Made by a program: the position numbers and the translations under genes. A stretch of 35,126 nt of DNA from Steroidobacteraceae bacterium (lineage in GTDB: Bacteria > Pseudomonadota > Gammaproteobacteria > Steroidobacterales > Steroidobacteraceae), in assembly GCA_035516875.1 (NCBI GenBank), contig DATIZW010000084.1:1-35126 (forward strand), written 5' to 3'. Positions 16,794-25,185 of the stretch are shown here, piece after piece; the stretch's first letter is position 1; each line of letters starts with the position of its first letter. The notes under the pieces are model-generated. The model saw nothing but the letters and a program-made list of their open reading frames with translations, was not told the DNA's origin and did not search any database.

Positions 16794-17501
16794 TTGGGAA
16801 TCATCGAGTGGGCGCATCGGCGGGAGTCTCCGCTGCAGCGGCGCGTATTCGCCCTGCTCAGGGGTGCCTCGACCTGGGGGATGCCGGCACTGCCCGGAGT
16901 GCATGATGCACTGTTGGCGGAGAGGCGCTTTCGCAAGGGCCCGCTGCGCCTACTCACGAGCAAGCTCTACTACGAGCCGTTGCTGCGCCGCCAGTGCCAG
17001 AGCGTCGGCCGGGGCCTGCTGCTTCACGAGGAGGTGCCGAAGATCATAGGCAATCTGTCGGTGCGGCTCGGCGAACGGGTTACCCTCTCGGGAGCGCAGG
17101 TGTGGATCAGCGCAGGCCGCGGCAGGCTCACGCAGCTGGAGGTGGGCGATGACTGCTCGATCGGCTATGGCGCAGAGTTTGCCGTCGGCGATCTCATCCG
17201 CATCGGCCGACACGTGAAGATCGCCAACTACGCAGCGCTGCTCGGCTACGACGGTCATGCCCTCGACCCGCTGGCTCGCGCGCGCAACGAACCGCCGGAA
17301 GCCGAGGGCGTACAACCCATCATCGTGCACGACTACGCGTGGATCGGTTTTCGCGCGACGGTCCTCAGGGGAGTGACCATCGGCCGCGGCGCAGTAGTCG
17401 CCGCCTGCGCCGTGGTCGCGCGCGACGTCCCCGAGCTTACCGTGGTTGCCGGCAACCCCGCGAAAGCCATACGACAGATCGAGCCACCTGCGGGATGGTG
17501 A
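16794..17501 (+). CDS. Hexapeptide-repeat (left-handed beta-helix) O-acetyltransferase, paralog 1
   Basis: Motifs IGRHVKIANYAALLGYDGHALDP and VHDYAWIGFRATVLRGVTIGRGAVVAACAVVARDVPELTVVAGNPAKAI. TTG 16794 is preceded by GGGAGG with a 5-nt spacer and aligns with the TTG start of the paralog at 23681. Alternative start: ATG 16737, preceded by AGGAAGG. Confidence 0.8.
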   Translation: MGIIEWAHRRESPLQRRVFALLRGASTWGMPALPGVHDALLAERRFRKGPLRLLTSKLYYEPLLRRQCQSVGRGLLLHEEVPKIIGNLSVRLGERVTLSGAQVWISAGRGRLTQLEVGDDCSIGYGAEFAVGDLIRIGRHVKIANYAALLGYDGHALDPLARARNEPPEAEGVQPIIVHDYAWIGFRATVLRGVTIGRGAVVAACAVVARDVPELTVVAGNPAKAIRQIEPPAGW

Positions 17502-17533
17502 AAGCGCCGGGCCACACGGGCGGCGGCCACGCC

Positions 17534-18652
17534 TCACCCGGTCGCGGACCGGTCCACCCAACGCGCCCGCAGGTACCTGCGCGCCGGTTCCTCCACGCTG
17601 CGGTACAGCACATGGCCGGCGATGACTACCGCCAGCAGGTAGATGGGCCAAACCAGTTGCGGATGCGCGCCGCCCCACCCCGTCAACAACCCCGGCACCT
17701 CCCGCAGCAACACGATCACCATCCCGTGCACCAGGTAGATGGAATAGGAGATCTTGCCGAGATGCACGGCAGGTGCACACGCGAGGCTGCGCACGAGAAT
17801 CCCTGCTGTAGTCACGCCAAGCCCCAACACGACCAGGCCGAACAGAAGAATGAAGAGTCCGTCCACCAGGCCGTGTCGACCGCTGCAGGCGAGCGCCAGC
17901 GAACCGAGAATGCCCGTCCATGGTATCCAGGCGACCCGCCAGGTCGAGCGCCGGCGCCTGAAGACGCCGTAGACACAGCAGCCGATGAAGAACTCGGATA
18001 CCACGCGCACCAGGGTGAAGCTCTCCGGCAGCATGTACTGGCTGCCGTGATTGACGAACAGCGCCAGGCCGGTGGTGAACAGCAAGGTAATGGCAGCGCA
18101 GGCGATCTGGCTGGCCGGCGCCGGCACTTTTTGCAGGCGCCAGGCAAGCAGCGGGAAGGTCAGATATGCGAACCACTCGGAGCCAACCGACCACGTGGGC
18201 AGATTCCAGCCCTGGCTGAGCGGCAGGCCCCAGCCGTTGGTCAGGGTTACTGCATAGAGAAAAGTGCGCAGGTTGAAGTTGTGCGCCAGGCCTCCGGACA
18301 GTGAGCGGCCGGACAGCCACGCCACCGCGACAATTGGCACCCACAGCAGCGCCACGACCAGGTGCGCCGGGTAGATCCTGGCAATGCGCAGCTTGAGGAA
18401 GCGCCCGATCCTGGCCAGCGACGGCGCGGCAAACTCATCCAGGTGGGCGTAGGAGATCACGAATCCGCTGAGAACGAAAAACAGATCGACGGCCAGCCAG
18501 CCGCTATGAATGAAGTTGGCAAGCGCTACTGGCAGGCGCGGGTTTGCGAACAAAGTCCCGGATCCGTGGAAAGCCGCGACCCACAGGGCCGCAAAGCCGC
18601 GGACGCCGGTCAGCGCGTCGATCTGCCGGGATGAGTCAGACTTCGCGGCCAT
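17534..18652 (-). CDS. Membrane acyltransferase family 3 (OafA/WecH-like O-acyltransferase)
   Basis: N-terminal signature IDALTGVRGFAALWVAAFH, about 10 predicted TM helices, 372 aa. Confidence 0.85.
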   Translation of the reverse strand: MAAKSDSSRQIDALTGVRGFAALWVAAFHGSGTLFANPRLPVALANFIHSGWLAVDLFFVLSGFVISYAHLDEFAAPSLARIGRFLKLRIARIYPAHLVVALLWVPIVAVAWLSGRSLSGGLAHNFNLRTFLYAVTLTNGWGLPLSQGWNLPTWSVGSEWFAYLTFPLLAWRLQKVPAPASQIACAAITLLFTTGLALFVNHGSQYMLPESFTLVRVVSEFFIGCCVYGVFRRRRSTWRVAWIPWTGILGSLALACSGRHGLVDGLFILLFGLVVLGLGVTTAGILVRSLACAPAVHLGKISYSIYLVHGMVIVLLREVPGLLTGWGGAHPQLVWPIYLLAVVIAGHVLYRSVEEPARRYLRARWVDRSATG

Positions 18653-18813
18653 GCCTCTGCATTATTGTCGTGTCGAGCACCTGCGCGTAGATCAGACTCC
18701 CACAGCCGCGTCAGTTGCGACAAGTGACAGTTGAGCAGTACCGCCAGAATGCGGGTCATGCGTGATTCGGGTAGACTGCAATCTCTCAGGCATAATCCTC
18801 AACGTGATGGCGC

Positions 18814-20079
18814 ATGCGCGCACTGAAGAGATGCGTGCTCAGGCTCGAGGATTGGGCGCGCATCAGCAACCTCAACCGCATCAAGTCGCTCGCCTTGCGA
18901 GCGCGGGCCTTCTCGCCGCGGGCACGCGTTTTTGCACGGTCGTGGCATCTGATTGCCTGGCACCCAGTGCGCCACCGTGCGGCCATGGTCGCGAAGACGC
19001 TCGCACTGGCGGCTCGCGACACGGCGGTGCGCTCGCCAGCCGCCACATTGGTACGCTCGGTACTCCTCAAGCCACGCGTGTCCGCCGCGGAGCGCGGGGT
19101 GCTGTTGGTCTCATTCGAGCGCGAACTGGCGAAACTGGCGGAGCTGGCCGCCCTCGGCGAGCTGGAGCAGGAATACGCGATCGTATTCGTGCCGACCTGG
19201 CAACCCTTCTACAGCGCGCCGCTGTTCGCGTTCGCGGCGCGCGCGCGGCGCCCCTACTGGATCATGCCGTCCTCAGCCAGGGATCAGGCGCTGTGCGCGG
19301 ATTTCGGCCCTCTGTGCCGCCCGCTGCCGTTTCAGGCATCCAGCTGGGTCAGTCGCGCGCAATACGCCCATCTGACCTGCGACAAAACTATCGACCTGCT
19401 GATGCTCGCTAACTTCGACTCCTACAAGCGGCACTGGCGGCTGTTCGAGGCGCTGGCTGATCTGCCGCGCTCGCTGTGCGTGGTACTCGCCGGGCGGTCG
19501 TTCGGCGGCCGCACCGCCGCGACGCTGCGGGGGGAAGCCGACGCGTTCGGTGTGCGCGAGCGCATCGAGATCCGGGAGGATCCCTCCGACCACGAAGTCG
19601 CGGCGCTGCTCGCCACGGCGCGCGTGTTTTGTGCCCTGAGTCACCGCGAGGGCTCCTACATCGCCATCGCGGAGGCGCTCATGGCCGGCACCCCCGTAGC
19701 CATGTTCGCCGATGCCGTGGTCGGCTCGCGTGAGTACATCGGTCCGCAAACCGGCTGGTTCCTCGACCCGCAGCGCGCGCTGGGTCCGCAGCTGCTCGGG
19801 TGCCTGGAGCACGCGGCCGAGTTGCAGCCGCGGACGTGGGCCAGTAGTCATATTTCCGCCGAAGTGAACGGTCCGCGGCTCAACGCTATCCTGCGCCAGG
19901 AGGCCGGAAGCGGCGGCGAAGTGTGGACCCGCGATCTGCAGGGATTCTTCTGCCGGCACTTCGATTTCGAGTACTTCGACGTGGCGGCAGAATCCGCCCT
20001 GCATGCCGAGTACCAAAGGCTGCGCACGCGCTTCGGACTCGAGATCGTCAGACCCGCGAGCGCGGCGGTGATCTCATGA
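18814..20079 (+). CDS. Glycosyltransferase, GT-B fold (family 4-like)
   Basis: C-terminal domain LLMLANFDSYKRHWRLF...VVLAGR...HREGSYIAIAEALMAGTPVAMF (an E-x7-E-like motif). The N-terminal half is divergent. Confidence 0.65.
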   Translation: MRALKRCVLRLEDWARISNLNRIKSLALRARAFSPRARVFARSWHLIAWHPVRHRAAMVAKTLALAARDTAVRSPAATLVRSVLLKPRVSAAERGVLLVSFERELAKLAELAALGELEQEYAIVFVPTWQPFYSAPLFAFAARARRPYWIMPSSARDQALCADFGPLCRPLPFQASSWVSRAQYAHLTCDKTIDLLMLANFDSYKRHWRLFEALADLPRSLCVVLAGRSFGGRTAATLRGEADAFGVRERIEIREDPSDHEVAALLATARVFCALSHREGSYIAIAEALMAGTPVAMFADAVVGSREYIGPQTGWFLDPQRALGPQLLGCLEHAAELQPRTWASSHISAEVNGPRLNAILRQEAGSGGEVWTRDLQGFFCRHFDFEYFDVAAESALHAEYQRLRTRFGLEIVRPASAAVIS

Positions 20080-21149
20080 TGAATGAAGCCTCAGGCCTGA
20101 CGCACCTCGCCAGCAGAATTCTCGCCTGTCCTGCCTGCCGCACGCCGCTCGAGCCTGCGCAGCTCGCGCAGGGCGCGAGCTGTCGTGGCTGCGGCCGGCG
20201 CTACCCGTTCAGCGGCACGGCGCTCGATTTCCTCGGCGCGCGCGCCGAGTTCTCGCTGTCGGACTTGCAGCTCGCGCGTCGGGTGTTTGAGCAGCGGCAG
20301 CAGCTGACTGAGCTATGGACTGCGTTGCAGTCGCTCCCGGACCATGGGCGCCGCGAGTTGTTCGGGCGGCTCGGTGCCACGCTCGGCCTGCGGGACGCCG
20401 CCGAGGGCGAGCGCTTTCTGCATGCGCTCCCTGCCGGCCAGGTGATCAACGACCTGGCGCACTACGACGGACGCGGCGCCGTAGGACCGACTCCGGGGCT
20501 GGATTTTCTGCAGCAGAACCTGCGCCGTTCGGCGAGCGCGACGATACTCGATGCCGGCTGCTCGGTCGGGCGCCAGCTGCTGTCGGTGGCGCAGCCCGGC
20601 GCGGAGCTTGTCGGCATAGACGTGAGCCTGCTGTCGCTGAGCATAGGCTCGGAAGCGTGGTCGCGCACCCAGGCGATCGCCGCGCCGCTTTGGTGTAATG
20701 CCAGCGTGCTCAATCTGCCGTTTCGCGATGCGTCCTTCACGCACGCGCTGAGCTTCGTGGTGCTCGGTCTCGTGCCGCTGCGCACGGCCTTGCGGGAGCT
20801 GAGCCGCGTGCTGGTCCCCGGCGGGCAACTCATCTTCACCGTGGAGGGGACCGGGTACTGGTGGAAGTTGTGGCGGGTGGCCCCGACCCTCGGCCGCGAG
20901 CGGATCGGACTGCTCAGATGGTGGCTGGGCCGTCAGCTGCTGCGCACGGGAGTGCAGTGGCGCGAGCTCGGCGGGTTGCGCCGACTGGCCGGCTTGACGC
21001 AGTACAGCCCGGGGATGCTGCGCCATGCCCTCTCGAGCGCTGGCTTCGCAGTCGAAAGGATCGACTCCCTCGCCGACTACCACGGCCGGCCGCTGCTGCT
21101 GGGCGTCTCAGCGGTCAAATCCCCGCATAGCCCCGGCGCGCCGGGGTAA
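20076..21149 (+). CDS. Class I SAM-dependent methyltransferase with N-terminal Trm112-like zinc ribbon
   Basis: Zinc-ribbon motifs CPACRTPL...CRGCGRRYPF. SAM motif I ILDAGCSVGRQLL and post-I LVGIDVS, then LVPGGQLIFTVEG. ATG 20076 overlaps the upstream TGA (an ATGA junction). Confidence 0.8.
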   Translation: MMNEASGLTHLASRILACPACRTPLEPAQLAQGASCRGCGRRYPFSGTALDFLGARAEFSLSDLQLARRVFEQRQQLTELWTALQSLPDHGRRELFGRLGATLGLRDAAEGERFLHALPAGQVINDLAHYDGRGAVGPTPGLDFLQQNLRRSASATILDAGCSVGRQLLSVAQPGAELVGIDVSLLSLSIGSEAWSRTQAIAAPLWCNASVLNLPFRDASFTHALSFVVLGLVPLRTALRELSRVLVPGGQLIFTVEGTGYWWKLWRVAPTLGRERIGLLRWWLGRQLLRTGVQWRELGGLRRLAGLTQYSPGMLRHALSSAGFAVERIDSLADYHGRPLLLGVSAVKSPHSPGAPG

Positions 21150-21156
21150 GGTACTC

Positions 21157-21795
21157 ATGGTGCGAGGCCTCGAATCCTGGCGACTGTTCTGGCTGTTGGC
21201 CGCCGCGCTCAGCATCGCCAACTGCCTGGGACTGCCGGCGGTGGACTTTGCCTCGGCCCACGGGGTGGAGCCCGCCATCGTCCTCTCGGTGCGCTGCGCC
21301 CTGCCCTTTTTCCTCGTAGCCTTCACGGCCTCTTCCCTGGCCGCCCTGTGGCGCACTCGCTTCACGCGCTGGCTGCTGGCCAACCGCCGCTACGTTGGTC
21401 TGGCGTTTGCGTTCGGGATGGGGTGGCACTTCGCGTTCGTCGGCTACTCGATCGTGTCGTTCGGCAAGCCGTTCGGCAATGCTCTGATCGCGATGGACGT
21501 GACCGGTCTCGCCTTCCTGCTTGCTCTGACTCTGACGTCCTTCCGCTGGTGCGCGCGCCATCTCACCCGCGCCAACTGGTCGCGGCTTCACAAGGCCGGC
21601 GTCTATTACATCTGGCTGGTGTTCTTCTATATCTACTCGGCCGGGGGCCGCTTCCCGCACGACGTTGAGCATGTGGCAGCGGTAGCCGTCCTGCTCGGCG
21701 CCGTGGGCCTGCGCGCCGCCGCCTGGATGCGGGCGCGACACGGCCGCCGCGGCGGCGGCGAGCTGCTTGCGAGCGCACGCCAGGGACAGGCATGA
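21157..21795 (+). CDS. Integral membrane protein of unknown function (weak resemblance to ferric-reductase-like / YedZ-type TM domains)
   Basis: About 6 hydrophobic helices. His-containing helices NRRYVGLAFAFGMGWHFAFVGY and NWSRLHKAGVYYIWLVFFYIY. ATG lies 8 nt after the methyltransferase stop. Confidence 0.5.
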   Translation: MVRGLESWRLFWLLAAALSIANCLGLPAVDFASAHGVEPAIVLSVRCALPFFLVAFTASSLAALWRTRFTRWLLANRRYVGLAFAFGMGWHFAFVGYSIVSFGKPFGNALIAMDVTGLAFLLALTLTSFRWCARHLTRANWSRLHKAGVYYIWLVFFYIYSAGGRFPHDVEHVAAVAVLLGAVGLRAAAWMRARHGRRGGGELLASARQGQA

Positions 21796-21807
21796 GCCAG
21801 GTGCCGC

Positions 21808-22980
21808 TTAACCGGTGCGGGGCGAAGATGCCGCCGGCGGCGAATCCGCCGCCGCGACCGGCAGCCCAAGCAGCTGCAGATACCGTTCGACCATCGTCTC
21901 AAACGAGTGATTGCGGCGCAGATTCTCCAGCGCATTCGCCACCAGGCGTGCGCGCAGCTCGGGCGACCGCGCTACCGCTGCCATCGCCGCCGCGAGCGCC
22001 GCAGCATCGCCTGGCGTAACCGCCAGTCCGCGATCGCCCGCGAACAGTTCCGGGATGCCGCCGACGGCGGTCGCCACGCACGGTATTCGCGCCGCCATCG
22101 CCTCCAGCAGCACCATCGGCAGCCCCTCGGTCTTGGAGCTCATCACGAAGGCGTCCGCCGCCAGCAACAACTCACCCACCTCACCACGCGGACCGAGGAA
22201 CGCCGCCCGCTCGCCGAGCCCCAGGGCGTCGCGTGTGGCTTCCAGGCTGGCACGCTCGGCGCCCTCGCCGACCAGGTACAGCCGTGATCGGCCAAGCACA
22301 TCCGCCGGCAGCGCCGCGAAGGCGCGCAGCAGCGTGCCGAGATCCTTCTCAAAGTGCAGTCGCCCGGCGTAGAAGAACGCGAATTCGCCCTCCGTCAGCC
22401 CGAGCTGCCGACGCGTGCGACGGACGTACTCCGCGTCCCCGACAGGCACCCGTGTGCCGTTCGCGATGAAATGCAGCCGCGCGCGCGGCACCGCCAGAAT
22501 CTCGTGAAAGTAGTCGATCTGTGTCGGCTCGACCACCGAGATGTCACTCGCGTACCGGCAGTAGTAGCGTGCGCTGCGCCGATAGCGAGGCTGCTCGCGA
22601 AGCTGGTGCAGGCCGTGCTCCGTCATGAGCACGGTTCTCACCCGCGCGAGCCACGCCGGAATGCCGCACAGAATCAACGCCGCCGCGTGATGCACGTGCA
22701 ACGCCTGAACCCGCTCGCGGCGCAGCATGCGCCAGATGTCCCACAGATAACGCGGCCGCTTGAGAATGCCGCGATAGCAGTCGTAGTTCACGTCCAGGCA
22801 GCGGATACCCGCGCGCTCGAGCTCGGCGCGCATCGGCCCCTCCGAGCCATGGAACGCGAAACACACCACCGGGAACCCTCGGCGCTTGAGCTCCAGCGCG
22901 AGCTCGACGCCGATCTTCTCCGATCCGCCGATCTGGTAGGAGAACAGTCCCTGTGCAATCACGGCCGTCGTGCTTACCAT
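21808..22980 (-). CDS. Glycosyltransferase family 4 (GT-B)
   Basis: Motifs FFYAGRLHFEKDLGTLLRAF and SSKTEGLPMVLLEAMAARIPCVATAVGGIPE (E-x7-E). ATG 22980 overlaps the upstream stop codon (an ATGGTAA junction). Confidence 0.85.
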   Translation of the reverse strand: MVSTTAVIAQGLFSYQIGGSEKIGVELALELKRRGFPVVCFAFHGSEGPMRAELERAGIRCLDVNYDCYRGILKRPRYLWDIWRMLRRERVQALHVHHAAALILCGIPAWLARVRTVLMTEHGLHQLREQPRYRRSARYYCRYASDISVVEPTQIDYFHEILAVPRARLHFIANGTRVPVGDAEYVRRTRRQLGLTEGEFAFFYAGRLHFEKDLGTLLRAFAALPADVLGRSRLYLVGEGAERASLEATRDALGLGERAAFLGPRGEVGELLLAADAFVMSSKTEGLPMVLLEAMAARIPCVATAVGGIPELFAGDRGLAVTPGDAAALAAAMAAVARSPELRARLVANALENLRRNHSFETMVERYLQLLGLPVAAADSPPAASSPRTG

Positions 22981-23681
22981 CCCTCGGGCGGCGCGACATG
23001 CCACACGGTGCGCGCCGGGTTGCCCGCAACGACGGTGAGATCGGGGACGTCAGTCTTCACGACAGATCCGGATGCCACGACCGCGCCGCGGCCGATAGTG
23101 ACGCGCTTCATGATAATCGAATCGCTGCCGATCCAGGCGTAGTCCTTAATCGTGATCGCGCCGATCCCATCAGGACCGGGCGGCTTGCCATGGGCGCGAG
23201 CGTACGGGTCGAGCGGATGGCCGTCGAAGCCGAGCAGCAAGCTGCGCGCTCCGATCAGCACGTGCCGGCCGATGCTTATGACGCTGCCGACGCCAAACTC
23301 CGTTCTGAATCCGATACCGCTGTCGTCGCCGATCTCGAGCACCTTCGGCTCACCGCTCCCGGCCGCCACCCACACCTGCTGCCCGTCGAGCGTCACACGC
23401 TCGCCGAGACGTACGCGCAGATTGCCCAGGATCTTCGGCATGTCCTCGAACAACAGCAGTCCCGCGCCGACGCGCTCGCATTGCAGTCGCAACAGCGGTG
23501 CGCTGTAGAGCTTGCTCCACAGGAGTCGCAGCGGTCCCGTGCGAAACCGCCGCTCGGCGAGCAGCAGATGGTGCACGCCGGGTACGATCGGCAGATCGAT
23601 GCGTGCGGCTGACTTGATCAGATCCCAAGCGCGTTGTTGCGAGGGCGTCTCGCGCCGCTGCGCCCACTCCAAGAGCCCCAA
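22974..23681 (-). CDS. Hexapeptide-repeat (left-handed beta-helix) O-acetyltransferase, paralog 2
   Basis: Motifs IGRHVLIGARSLLLGFDGHPLDP and IKDYAWIGSDSIIMKRVTIGRGAVVASGSVVKTDVPDLTVVAGNPA. TTG 23681 is preceded by AGGAGG with a 6-nt spacer. 138 of 235 residues are identical to paralog 1 in a gapless hand alignment. Confidence 0.85.
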   Translation of the reverse strand: MGLLEWAQRRETPSQQRAWDLIKSAARIDLPIVPGVHHLLLAERRFRTGPLRLLWSKLYSAPLLRLQCERVGAGLLLFEDMPKILGNLRVRLGERVTLDGQQVWVAAGSGEPKVLEIGDDSGIGFRTEFGVGSVISIGRHVLIGARSLLLGFDGHPLDPYARAHGKPPGPDGIGAITIKDYAWIGSDSIIMKRVTIGRGAVVASGSVVKTDVPDLTVVAGNPARTVWHVAPPEGW

Positions 23682-23811
23682 AACCGGCCTCCTGATCGTT
23701 CTTGTTCGCCGAGGAACTAGCTAAGCATGGAATAGCAACAAATTGTAATCAAGAAGGGCGTCGGCGCGCCCAGATTAAGTCATCACCGCGGTGCAGCAGC
23801 TCGCCGAACGC

Positions 23812-24960
23812 TTAACCGTCGTCGCTACGGATCGCGCGCGGGAGCGCCGGTGCCGGTGCGCCGGCGGCGACCAGCGACACCATGGCTATGACCAGAGCAA
23901 ACAGCGTCCAGAGCAGCGTCGAGTAAGCCATCGACAGAAAGAATCCTGCAACTGCATTGCCCGCCAGCGCCGCCTGCAACATGCGCGCGAACACCAGCTG
24001 GGCGTCGCGCTCGCGGCTGGCGGCGGCCGCGAGCAGGCTGCGCCGCGATCTCTGCAGTGCACGCCAGGACAGCACGTACATTCTCACGAACAGAAACAGG
24101 CCGAGAAAGCCGAGCTCGACGAGTGCCTCGAGATAGCTGTTGTGCGGAGCGCGGAAGCGTCCGCCGGTCCGCAGATCCACCATTGCGAACGAGTTGCTAC
24201 CGTAGCCCACGGGCCGCTGCAAAGCGGAGTTGAAGCTGCGTTGCCAGATGGAGGCGCGACCGTTCAGGTTAGACGTGTCGGAGTTGTAATCGGTGCCGAG
24301 CTGCACGATGGATGCCAGGCGCTCACGGGTCTCGGCGGGCAGATAGGGCCAAACGACGCAACCAACGCACAGCAGCCCGAGCAGCGATGGGATGATGCGC
24401 CTGCGCGCTTTGCCGCCGGTCGGCCGCTTGATCGGCAACAGTACCAGGCAGGCGAGCACCGCCAGCAGCCCCAGGAACCCGCCCCGTGAACCGGTCAACA
24501 GCGTCGCGAGCACCACGACGGCGAACACCCCGCCGTTGACCAGGCGCTTCATCCTGGTGGTCGAGGTGAGCACGAACCCCAGCGCCAGCGGCATGACCGA
24601 GACCAGCATGTAGGCGAGATCGTTCGGATCGTACGACGCGGCGCTCTCGGCGCGCCCGCCGTGGAAGCTCCTGATTGCAGTGAGCGCCAGCACCAGGGCG
24701 GCGATGATCAGCCCCCTGATGATCCGTGCCAGCACCCGCCAGCTGCTGCAGACCTTGCAGGCTACAATCACCGCCGCCAGCAGTACCGGCAGCTGCTGGT
24801 AGAGGAATTGAACACTCGCGCCCGGCCAGATGGAAAAGGGTGTGGTCGCGACGGCGATGGCGACAAGCGCCAGGGCGCTGCGCTTGAACGGTGTGGCCGC
24901 CGGCGGCAGCGTCCAGAGCTGCCGCCATTTGATGATGAGCACCGCGAGCGCGGCGCCCAT
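23812..24960 (-). CDS. O-antigen ligase / Wzy-like polymerase family membrane protein (true start probably upstream, up to 25155)
   Basis: Multi-TM, with the Wzy_C-type motif RAPHNSYLEALVELGFLGLFLF. The same frame stays open to the TGA at 25188-25186 and encodes a further hydrophobic helix (LELAYIVFLLVAVGRVGELVPGLSALPLARIA) with no ATG, GTG or TTG. See findings. Confidence 0.8.
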   Translation of the reverse strand: MGAALAVLIIKWRQLWTLPPAATPFKRSALALVAIAVATTPFSIWPGASVQFLYQQLPVLLAAVIVACKVCSSWRVLARIIRGLIIAALVLALTAIRSFHGGRAESAASYDPNDLAYMLVSVMPLALGFVLTSTTRMKRLVNGGVFAVVVLATLLTGSRGGFLGLLAVLACLVLLPIKRPTGGKARRRIIPSLLGLLCVGCVVWPYLPAETRERLASIVQLGTDYNSDTSNLNGRASIWQRSFNSALQRPVGYGSNSFAMVDLRTGGRFRAPHNSYLEALVELGFLGLFLFVRMYVLSWRALQRSRRSLLAAAASRERDAQLVFARMLQAALAGNAVAGFFLSMAYSTLLWTLFALVIAMVSLVAAGAPAPALPRAIRSDDG

Positions 24961-25185
24961 CGCGATTCTCGCCAGCGGGAGTGCCGACAGGCCCGGAACG
25001 AGCTCTCCGACACGTCCGACGGCGACCAGCAGGAAAACGATGTAGGCGAGCTCCAGACCGCGCTGCTCGCGCGGTGGGGCCGCGCGCTCGCCGGTCGCGG
25101 CCCCGGCGGGCAGCTGCGGCTGCGGGCCCCGAGCTACTTGTGCCTCAGAATTTATGTGGCGACCTCCGCATGCGAACCGACGATA

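Noticed and set aside
23756-23771. Possible terminator after the Wzy-like gene. The minus strand reads GGGCG-cgccga-CGCCC followed by TTCTTGATT.
   Set aside because: The stem is only 5 bp and the T-tract is interrupted, so it is too weak to report as a feature.
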